Under the pieces are notes generated by a model that worked only from the letters and a program-made list of their open reading frames with translations, was not told the origin of the DNA and made no database searches. A DNA stretch of 64,000 nucleotides, from the NCBI GenBank assembly GCA_016930235.1, contig JAFGHI010000030.1, positions 43,834 through 107,833 on the forward strand, read 5' to 3'. Position 1 is the stretch's first letter; the number at the start of each line of letters is the position of its first letter. Positions 56,645 through 64,000 of the stretch are shown here, piece after piece. Origin of the DNA: Candidatus Omnitrophota bacterium. GTDB taxonomy: Bacteria; Omnitrophota; Omnitrophia; Omnitrophales; Aquincolibacteriaceae. A program made the translations under genes and the position numbers.

Positions 56645-59290
56645 ATGGCAAAGACGACAGAAGAAGTCCCAAAGTACACACCGATGATGGAACAGTACCG
56701 TTCCATCAAACGCACACTACCCCGTGACACAATTCTCTTTTTCCGCTTAGGGGATTTTTATGAGATGTTCTTTGAGGATGCGCTGAAGGCCTCAGAAATT
56801 TTAAACATCACGTTGACCGGGAGAGAAGCCGGGGTCGGTCGGGTTCCCATGTGCGGCATCCCTCATCATGCCTTCCAAGGTTATGTCCGGACCTTAATCG
56901 AAAATAATTTAAAGGTTGCCATCTGTGAGCAAATCGGAGATCCCAAAGCGGCGAAAGGAATTGTTGAGCGAAAGATCACCCGTATCATTTCCCCGGCGAC
57001 CTATTTGGATGATCAAGAACCCAAAGGCCGAAGTTTGGAATATATGGTTGCCGTGGCCCAGGACAAGGGGGACTGTGCCCTTTCATATCTGGAATTGAGT
57101 ACGGGCGAATTTTTTGTGCGGGAGGTTGACCGCAACCGGTTGCTTGGGGAACTTTCCCTTTTGGCCCCCCGGGAAGTGATCCTCCCGAAAGAATTAGCGG
57201 AGGACGAGGATTTTGTTTCCTTTGTACGCGATAATCTTAAGGCGGCTTTGACCGTTTATGAAGATTGGGTGTTTGAATATGAAGAAGCGTTGAGGCTTCT
57301 TATCGAAAATTTTAAACTCGGGTCTCCGAAAGGGATTGCCTTTCACGAACGGACGCTGGCCATTCAAGCCTCGGGGGCTGTTCTTTATTACCTCAGGGAT
57401 CACTTACACTCGGCCCTGGGGCATATCCGTTTACCCCACTTGCTGGATGCCAGTGAATTTATGATCCTGGACCGTCAAACCCAGCGGAGTCTTGAACTTG
57501 TCGAGACCATGAGCGGACAAAAAGAGAGCGGGACACTTTTGAGCTGTCTGGACGAAACGCTGACGTCGATGGGAGCAAGGACACTATATCAATGGATCAC
57601 GCATCCTCTTTTGTCCATCCCCGATATTGAGAAGCGGTTGGCAAGCGTTGAAGAGCTTGTCCGGAATACTGAAATGTCGCAAACCTTGCGCGGACTCTTC
57701 AAAGGTGTCAAAGATATGGAACGCACGCTCAGCCGTCTCAATTACGGCGTCGCCAATGCCCGGGACTTGGTCAATCTCGGGATCTTTCTTTCCCGTGTTC
57801 CTGAAATACAAAAAACGCTTTCCCTGGCGAAGAACAAATTACTCAAAGAAAATTTAGCGGATCTCAAACCGTTTCCTGAAATCAAAGATCTGGTCTCAAC
57901 GGCCATTGTTGAAACACCGCCCCTCGGCTTAAAGGACGGCGGCATGATCCGGACAGGCTATTCGCCTGAATTGGATGAATTGCGCGAGATCTCGAAGAAG
58001 GGCAAGACGTGGATTTTGGAATTTGAAAAAAAAGAGATCGAAAGGACCGGGATCAGATCCCTCAAAATCAAATATTCCCAGGTTTTCGGATATACGATCG
58101 ATATCAGCAAGGCCAACCTCCATCTTGTGCCGGAAGATTATATCCGCCGCCAGACTTTGGCGAATGCCGAACGTTTTATCGTTCCGGAACTGAAGGAATG
58201 GGATGAAAAGATCTCCGGCGCTCAGGACAAGATTAAGGCGATGGAATATGATCTTTTCAACGATGTGCGCGAACAGGTTTTGAAAGAATTGATGCCTCTT
58301 CAGACGATGGCGAGGGCCATTGGGATTCTGGATGCGTTGCGCTCGCTTGCTTCCCAGGCGGTCAAAAGGAACTGGGTGAGACCGACGGTTGACGATGGAA
58401 ATATCCTCCAGATCAAGGAAGGACGGCACCCGGTGGTCGAGGCCATGCTTTCCGCCGGACAGTTTGTCGAGAATGATGTCTCGATCGGAGGCGATACGCA
58501 GCTGATTGTCTTAACGGGACCGAATATGGCGGGTAAATCTACCTATATCCGCCAAGTTGCCCACATTGTCCTTCTGGCTCAAATGGGTTCCTTTGTGCCC
58601 GCGGCCTCGGCACGCATCGGGCTCGTTGATCGTATCTTCACACGGATTGGAGCGACCGATGACCTTGCGCGCGGGGAAAGTACTTTTATGGTGGAGATGC
58701 TCGAGACCGCCCATATTCTGCAGCGTGCTACCGGCCGGAGCCTTCTCATTTTGGATGAGGTCGGGCGGGGGACATCGACCTTTGACGGAGTCAGTATTGC
58801 GTGGGCCATTTGCGAATATCTCGTGAGCGCTCGTGAGAAGCCAAGGACCCTTTTCGCAACGCATTATCATGAGCTGACCCAACTGGAAGAGCATTTTCCC
58901 CCGATCAAGAATTTTAATATCAAGGTGCGTGAAACCAAGGAAGGCATTATTTTCTTAAGAAAAGTCGTGCCCGGCGGGTCGGATCGAAGTTACGGGATTC
59001 ATGTGGCGAAGCTGGCGGGGATCCCCGAAAGGGTTCTCCAAAGGGCCCACGAGATCCTGGCGATTTTGGAAAACGAAAGCACGGAAGCCACGCAAATCAT
59101 TGAAGGCAAGGGACGGGAAAAGAAAAAAGAGAAGGTTTCGCCTTTACAGCAGAACCTCTTTGAGATCCGCGAGGTCCGGCACCCGCTCCTGGATGAAGTC
59201 CGTGCCCTCGTGGTCGAAAACCTGAAACCCTTGGAAGCGCTCAATAAAATTGCCGAGTGGAAGGAAAGACTTAAGAAAGAAGGAGACTAG
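56645..59290 (+). CDS. mutS: DNA mismatch repair protein MutS
   Basis: It has the mismatch-binding N-terminus and a Walker A (GPNMAGKST), and is 881 aa. Confidence 0.9.
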   Translation: MAKTTEEVPKYTPMMEQYRSIKRTLPRDTILFFRLGDFYEMFFEDALKASEILNITLTGREAGVGRVPMCGIPHHAFQGYVRTLIENNLKVAICEQIGDPKAAKGIVERKITRIISPATYLDDQEPKGRSLEYMVAVAQDKGDCALSYLELSTGEFFVREVDRNRLLGELSLLAPREVILPKELAEDEDFVSFVRDNLKAALTVYEDWVFEYEEALRLLIENFKLGSPKGIAFHERTLAIQASGAVLYYLRDHLHSALGHIRLPHLLDASEFMILDRQTQRSLELVETMSGQKESGTLLSCLDETLTSMGARTLYQWITHPLLSIPDIEKRLASVEELVRNTEMSQTLRGLFKGVKDMERTLSRLNYGVANARDLVNLGIFLSRVPEIQKTLSLAKNKLLKENLADLKPFPEIKDLVSTAIVETPPLGLKDGGMIRTGYSPELDELREISKKGKTWILEFEKKEIERTGIRSLKIKYSQVFGYTIDISKANLHLVPEDYIRRQTLANAERFIVPELKEWDEKISGAQDKIKAMEYDLFNDVREQVLKELMPLQTMARAIGILDALRSLASQAVKRNWVRPTVDDGNILQIKEGRHPVVEAMLSAGQFVENDVSIGGDTQLIVLTGPNMAGKSTYIRQVAHIVLLAQMGSFVPAASARIGLVDRIFTRIGATDDLARGESTFMVEMLETAHILQRATGRSLLILDEVGRGTSTFDGVSIAWAICEYLVSAREKPRTLFATHYHELTQLEEHFPPIKNFNIKVRETKEGIIFLRKVVPGGSDRSYGIHVAKLAGIPERVLQRAHEILAILENESTEATQIIEGKGREKKKEKVSPLQQNLFEIREVRHPLLDEVRALVVENLKPLEALNKIAEWKERLKKEGD

Positions 59291-59293
59291 GTT

Positions 59294-61054
59294 GTGGGAG
59301 TGATCAAGGTTCTTCCGGAAAATATTGCCAACCGCATCGCCGCCGGGGAAGTGATTGAACGTCCGGGTTCCATCGCCAAAGAATTAATCGAAAATTCATT
59401 GGATGCCGGAGCCAGAACAATCGAAATCGACATCCGCCACGGCGGGAAGAGCCTGATCCGTGTTTCCGATGACGGTTGCGGGATGAGTGCGGAGGATGCG
59501 GAGCTTGCGTTTAGCCGGCATGCCACAAGCAAGATTTCAGACGTCGAAGATTTGAACAAAATTGCGACCTATGGATTTCGAGGGGAAGCCCTGCCCAGTA
59601 TCGCCGCTGTTTCAAGGACCAAAGTTTTAACGCGGCCGGAGAATCCATCAAACGGGATCGAGATGAGTATCGAAGGCGGGAAGCTCAAATCGGCCAAGGA
59701 AGCCCCGTGCGCCAAGGGGACAACCGTGGAGGTCCGCGATCTTTTTTTTAATACTCCGGCGCGCAGAAAGTTTCTTAAGGCGGACACGACCGAGATGGGA
59801 CATATCCTGGATGTGGTGACGAACATGGCCTTTTCCCGTCTGGATGTCCGGTTCATTTTGAAATCACTCGATAAAGTTTTGCTGGATTTGCCGCAAGCAT
59901 CCTCCGTCAGGGAACGGGCGGTGCTTGTTTATGGAGATAACATCGCAAAACAACTCATCGATATTGAGGGTGAGACCCAAAATCTCAAGGTGAAAGGTGT
60001 GGTGGGGAAACCTGCCATTGCGCGGTCGAACCGCGCGTCCCAAAGTTTTTTTATTAATAAGCGCTGGATCAAGGCTTTTCCTTTTAGTTACGCGCTCCAA
60101 GCGGCCTATCACGGACTCCTGATGCAGGGACAATACCCGTTTGCAATTCTTCACCTGGAAATGGATTTGGAACGTGTGGACGTCAATGTTCATCCCACCA
60201 AACAGGAAGTCCGGATCTCAAGTGAGGCTGCGATTAAATCGTTCTTGAAGGAACTTGTTGCCGGGGCCATTTCCAAAGAAAGAGACAGGGCTCCCCGCTG
60301 GGGGGTTATCGACACGAAAGGCCAGTCCGGGGCCATCCAGCGCGAATCGATTATTTCCTCCGACAGCTTAGGCATCAAACAGGAAGATCTTGTGACCGTA
60401 GCGGAACCCGTGGTTTCTTATACCTCCCGGGAAGCGGCCGAGGGACAGAAACCCATCCGTTTCTCTGATAGGCTCAAGATTACCAAGATACTGGGTCAGA
60501 TTCATCAGACATTTATCGTTGCGGAAACCGAAGAGGGAATGGTTTTGGTGGATCAGCACGCGGCCCACGAGCGTGTCATGTTTGAAGTCCTGATGAAAAA
60601 TTTCGAGTCGGGAAAACCCGCCAAACAGGGGCTTTTGATGGATGAAATACTCGAAGTGAAACCGAAACACCGTGAGTTTTTTGACCAATCACGGCCAACC
60701 CTTGAAGCCATCGGTTTTGAGATCGAAACCTTCGGCGAGGGGAGCTTTGTGATCCGGTCGGTCCCGGCGATCTTGGGAGACGTCCAGCCTTCCGGGCTGC
60801 TCGAGGCATTTTTGGAAGAAAAAGAAGAAGGCAAGGTGCGGACGAGTTTGGAAAATCAAAAAGAAGAGGTGGCTGCTTTGATTGCCTGTAAGCGAAAGTC
60901 CGTCAAGGCGCACGAGGCGATGTCATTGGCTGCGATGGAATCCTTATTGAAGCAGCTTGGGCAGTGTGACAATCCTTTTAATTGTCCTCACGGCCGGCCG
61001 ACCCTGATCAAATATTCTTTCGGGGAAATGGAAAAGCAGTTTAAACGCAAATAG
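59294..61054 (+). CDS. mutL: DNA mismatch repair protein MutL (with the endonuclease motif)
   Basis: It has the GHKL ATPase N-terminus. DQHAAHERV in the C-terminal domain is the endonuclease motif. Confidence 0.9.
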   Translation: MGVIKVLPENIANRIAAGEVIERPGSIAKELIENSLDAGARTIEIDIRHGGKSLIRVSDDGCGMSAEDAELAFSRHATSKISDVEDLNKIATYGFRGEALPSIAAVSRTKVLTRPENPSNGIEMSIEGGKLKSAKEAPCAKGTTVEVRDLFFNTPARRKFLKADTTEMGHILDVVTNMAFSRLDVRFILKSLDKVLLDLPQASSVRERAVLVYGDNIAKQLIDIEGETQNLKVKGVVGKPAIARSNRASQSFFINKRWIKAFPFSYALQAAYHGLLMQGQYPFAILHLEMDLERVDVNVHPTKQEVRISSEAAIKSFLKELVAGAISKERDRAPRWGVIDTKGQSGAIQRESIISSDSLGIKQEDLVTVAEPVVSYTSREAAEGQKPIRFSDRLKITKILGQIHQTFIVAETEEGMVLVDQHAAHERVMFEVLMKNFESGKPAKQGLLMDEILEVKPKHREFFDQSRPTLEAIGFEIETFGEGSFVIRSVPAILGDVQPSGLLEAFLEEKEEGKVRTSLENQKEEVAALIACKRKSVKAHEAMSLAAMESLLKQLGQCDNPFNCPHGRPTLIKYSFGEMEKQFKRK

Positions 61055-61074
61055 TTGCCGGGATAGGTATAGAA

Positions 61075-62664
61075 ATGAAATCTCCGATGAACGCCAAGAA
61101 AGTATCGAAAAAAGTGATGCAAGTTTTGACGCGATGTTCCAAAAGCGTCCGTCAGGGAACGAAGCTGTTTTCGGATTGGGCCCTTGAAAAAGGAATCAGG
61201 AAAACAACCTCCACTTATTTTCTTTCCCGCTGGTTATTCCTGCGTTTATTAGGGCTCATTTACTTCATTGCTTTTGTCTCTCTAGGGGTTCAAATCCTGG
61301 GTCTTTTGGGATCCAACGGCATTCTTCCGGTCGAAAAATTTTTGGAAGTTCTCAAAGAACAGGCGGGGTGGAAGCGTTTCTGGATTGCGCCGAGCCTTCT
61401 TTGGATTTATCCGGGGGATATGGCCTTGCAGCTATTATGCTGGGCCGGTGCAATTCTCTCCGTAGTTCTCATGATCGGTTTCGCTCAAGGTCCGGTGCTT
61501 GCACTCTTATGGTTCCTTTATCTGTCCCTGATCAGTTCCGGGCAGGATTTTCTTTCTTTTCAATGGGACGTTCTTTTATTGGAGGCCGGATTCTTGGCGA
61601 TATGGATTGCCCCCAGCGGTTTTTGGCCCCGTTCGGCATGGAAGACGCCTGTTCCCGACGGGATCCGCCGGTTATTTTATTGGCTGATTTTTCGGGTCAT
61701 CTTTTCTGCCGGTTATGTCAAACTTATCAGTCAAGACCCTTTCTGGGCCAACCTTACGGCGGTGAAATATCATTACCAGTCACAGCCGCTCCCGACCCTT
61801 TTTGCATGGTATCTGTATCAGCTTCCGCTTGGGTTTCACAAAATGACTGTCGTTGCGATTTATCTTTTCGAGCTGGCCGTGCCCTTTCTTATTTTTACCC
61901 CGCGGCGTTTAAGAAGAATCGGGGCTTTGCTTTTGATGCTGTATCAGGTCTTGATCGCACTTACCGGCAATTTTGGTTTTTTCAATTGTCTGATTATTTG
62001 TCTTTGCGTCCTTCTTTTCGATGATGCCGTTTGGCCGCGTGCCTTGGTCAAACAAATCGTCAAGAGACGTTCGCGAGCGGAGGCGAAAAGCGTTTGGTCC
62101 GTCTGGGTTTTAAAGCCTCTTGTCGGGACATTGGTCTTTCTTTCTGCGGTTTCATTTCTGCAGACGGGAAAAAAAGAGAGTATTTTATTTCAGCCTCTTA
62201 AGGGAATTTATAATTTCTTTAAGCCGTTTCGTTCGGTCAATACCTACGGAATTTTTTCGATTATCATTGAACGCCGGCATGAATTAATTTTAGAGGGCTC
62301 CAACAACGGTGAAGTTTGGCGGGCGTATACCTTCCGGTATAAACCCGATGATTTAAAGACGCCGCCCAAATGGATTTCACCCTATCACCCGCGGCTGGAT
62401 TGGCAGATGTGGATCGCCGCTCAAGGGAATCTTCAGCAGAATCCTTGGCTCATCAATTTTTGTGTCCGTTTGCTGGAGGACTCTAAGGACGTCCTCCGGT
62501 TAATTGAAGGGAGCCCCTTTGACGAATGGCCGCCGAGATACATCCGTCCTGTTCTCTATGAGTATGAATTTACGGACGAGGACACGAAGGAAAAGACGGG
62601 AATGTGGTGGGAAAGAAGACGTTTAGGGCTTTACAGTCCGGTGATTTCTCTTCCGGATAAATAA
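61075..62664 (+). CDS. Lipase maturation factor (LMF1)-family polytopic membrane protein
   Basis: It is multi-TM. FQWDVLLLEAGFLAIW is an LMF-like motif. Confidence 0.55.
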   Translation: MKSPMNAKKVSKKVMQVLTRCSKSVRQGTKLFSDWALEKGIRKTTSTYFLSRWLFLRLLGLIYFIAFVSLGVQILGLLGSNGILPVEKFLEVLKEQAGWKRFWIAPSLLWIYPGDMALQLLCWAGAILSVVLMIGFAQGPVLALLWFLYLSLISSGQDFLSFQWDVLLLEAGFLAIWIAPSGFWPRSAWKTPVPDGIRRLFYWLIFRVIFSAGYVKLISQDPFWANLTAVKYHYQSQPLPTLFAWYLYQLPLGFHKMTVVAIYLFELAVPFLIFTPRRLRRIGALLLMLYQVLIALTGNFGFFNCLIICLCVLLFDDAVWPRALVKQIVKRRSRAEAKSVWSVWVLKPLVGTLVFLSAVSFLQTGKKESILFQPLKGIYNFFKPFRSVNTYGIFSIIIERRHELILEGSNNGEVWRAYTFRYKPDDLKTPPKWISPYHPRLDWQMWIAAQGNLQQNPWLINFCVRLLEDSKDVLRLIEGSPFDEWPPRYIRPVLYEYEFTDEDTKEKTGMWWERRRLGLYSPVISLPDK

Positions 62665-62685
62665 TCGCAAGGAGTTTGAGAGACC

Positions 62686-63999
62686 ATGAAGATTCGAAAG
62701 TTGATCTTAATATTTTCCGGCGTTTTTTTATGTTACTCGCTCGGATATGCCGCTTCGCCCAGTGAGGTTCGTGAACCCGCCGTGGCCGGTGCTTTTTATC
62801 CGAAAGACCCCAAGGCCTTAACGGACATGATTGATGGGTTTCTTAAGAATGCCGGCACCGTATCGGTTCACGGTCATATTATCGGGATCATCGTTCCTCA
62901 TGCGGGGTATGTTTACTCCGGCCAGGTGGCCGCTCATGCGTTTAAATTATTGGAAGGAAAAAAATTCGATACGGTGATCTTAATCGGAGGAAGCCACCGT
63001 TTCCAATACGATGGTGCCTCGATTTGGCCGAAGGGCGCTTGGAAAACTCCTTTGGGGACCGTTGAAATTGACGAAGAGCTTGCCGGTCTTATTATCGGAG
63101 AGAATCCGAAGCTGCAATTTCAAAGAGAAAGCCATATCCCCGAACATTCTCTTGAAGTGGAAGTCCCTTTTCTCCAGCGTGTTCTTGGGGATTTCAAATT
63201 GGTCCCGATCTTAATGGGGCATGTTGCCGAAGAAAATGCAACGCTGCTTGCCGAGGCGATCGTCAAGCACAGGAAGGGCCGAAGGGTTCTTATCGTGATC
63301 TCGACGGATATGAGCCATTATCATCCCGCAGACGTTGCTGAGAAAATGGACGCGAAGGCTTTGGAGGCGGTCCAGGAGGGCGATGCCGGTGCGTTTTTAG
63401 AAGCTATCCAAGCGAAAAAATGTGAGTTATGCGGTGTCGCGGCCGTGATGACCATGATGGAAATTGCAAGGCTTGTGGGAAATACCGAACTCGAAATCCT
63501 CAATTACCATCATAGCGGGGATGTAACGGGGGACCGTTCTCAAGTTGTCGGTTATTTTTCGGCTGTTTATGAACAAAAAAATGTTCCACCGGAAGACCCG
63601 GTTGAGAAAGGAGACGATGCCATGTCGTCACTTTTAACTAAGGACCAACAAAAGGAATTATTGAAGATTGCCCGCAAGACCATAGAGACTTATGTCAAAA
63701 CGGGGAAGGTTTTGGACGTGAAGACCCTGGACCCTGTCCTCCAGGAAGAAAAGGCGGCTTTTGTGACGCTCAAAGAGCGCGGAAGATTACGAGGGTGCAT
63801 TGGGCATACGCTTCCGGTCGAGCCACTTTATTTGTCGGTCAGGAATAATGCGATTTCGGCGGCTTCCCGGGACCCGCGATTCCGGCCGGTCGGTGAAAAT
63901 GAATTAGGCGATATCGATCTTGAAATTTCTGTTTTGAGCGTTCCGGAACTTGTGCCCTCAGCGGACCAAGTGGAAATTCCCAAGCACGGGGTCATTATC
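62686..63999 (+). CDS. Fusion of MEMO1-family protein (AmmeMemoRadiSam system protein B) with an AMMECR1 domain (protein A); the 3' end lies outside the window
   Basis: It has a signal peptide. The Memo motifs IVPHAGYVYSG and ISTDMSHYH are present. The C-terminal AMMECR1 core is AAFVTLKERGRLRGCIGH. The ATG at 62686 is preceded by AGGAG. Confidence 0.75.
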   Translation, partial: MKIRKLILIFSGVFLCYSLGYAASPSEVREPAVAGAFYPKDPKALTDMIDGFLKNAGTVSVHGHIIGIIVPHAGYVYSGQVAAHAFKLLEGKKFDTVILIGGSHRFQYDGASIWPKGAWKTPLGTVEIDEELAGLIIGENPKLQFQRESHIPEHSLEVEVPFLQRVLGDFKLVPILMGHVAEENATLLAEAIVKHRKGRRVLIVISTDMSHYHPADVAEKMDAKALEAVQEGDAGAFLEAIQAKKCELCGVAAVMTMMEIARLVGNTELEILNYHHSGDVTGDRSQVVGYFSAVYEQKNVPPEDPVEKGDDAMSSLLTKDQQKELLKIARKTIETYVKTGKVLDVKTLDPVLQEEKAAFVTLKERGRLRGCIGHTLPVEPLYLSVRNNAISAASRDPRFRPVGENELGDIDLEISVLSVPELVPSADQVEIPKHGVII

Positions 64000-64000
64000 A

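Noticed and set aside
61368-62024. 218-aa +2-frame ORF inside the LMF-family gene
   Set aside because: It is an overlapping frame of a polytopic membrane protein gene. The main frame has the coherent TM pattern.
1-64000. CRISPR arrays, transposases, integrases or prophage genes
   Set aside because: I found no direct-repeat/spacer periodicity and no recombinase-like ORFs. The window appears free of mobile elements.

Overview
This is a 64-kb, ~45% GC window from an uncultured-type diderm bacterium, inferred from the LolCDE and MlaEFD systems it carries. It is very gene-dense: genes sit 2-10 bp apart or overlap by 4-8 bp, and almost all are on the + strand. Most of the window is housekeeping. 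It begins with a partial sufS and sufU, followed by a Thr-rich secreted repeat protein. Next are convergent metH (minus strand) and metF, a minus-strand standalone MshEN-type c-di-GMP-binding protein, lysS, lolC/E and lolD, ilvE, and a Firmicutes-style mcsA-mcsB-clpC stress operon. These are followed by an AsmA-like protein and mlaEFD. A Bacillus-like run then follows: yacL-like PIN/TRAM protein, ispDF fusion, gltX, cysS, tmk, holB, metG, tatD. Further on come two intramembrane metalloproteases (CPBP and S2P families), mtnA, thiL, tsaE, a ClpX-like ATPase lacking the zinc-binding domain, a DUF763-like protein, dgkA, two orphan proteins (a 582-aa hypothetical and a TPR protein), a beta-PGM/trehalose-6-P phosphatase fusion with a GH65 phosphorylase, a GAF histidine kinase convergent with an OmpR regulator, orn, a PPi-type pfk, mutS and mutL, an LMF-family membrane protein and a partial Memo-AMMECR1 fusion. 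I found no rRNA, tRNA, CRISPR array or mobile element. The most unusual region is 47.9-55.8 kb. It holds a tightly packed locus of a SAM methyltransferase, two SPASM-type radical SAM enzymes and two paralogous ~630-aa polytopic membrane proteins, plus a 60-aa decayed remnant of a third paralog. Directly downstream is an atypically long ~1.1-kb AT-rich stretch with a textbook sigma70 promoter, a 13-bp perfect inverted repeat, a small Cys-containing ORF and a strong intrinsic terminator. I interpret the locus and its downstream stretch together as a candidate uncharacterised radical-SAM modification system, possibly RiPP-like or a lipid/glycan-modification locus. All calls are from reading the sequence and the ORF translations; no database searches were run.
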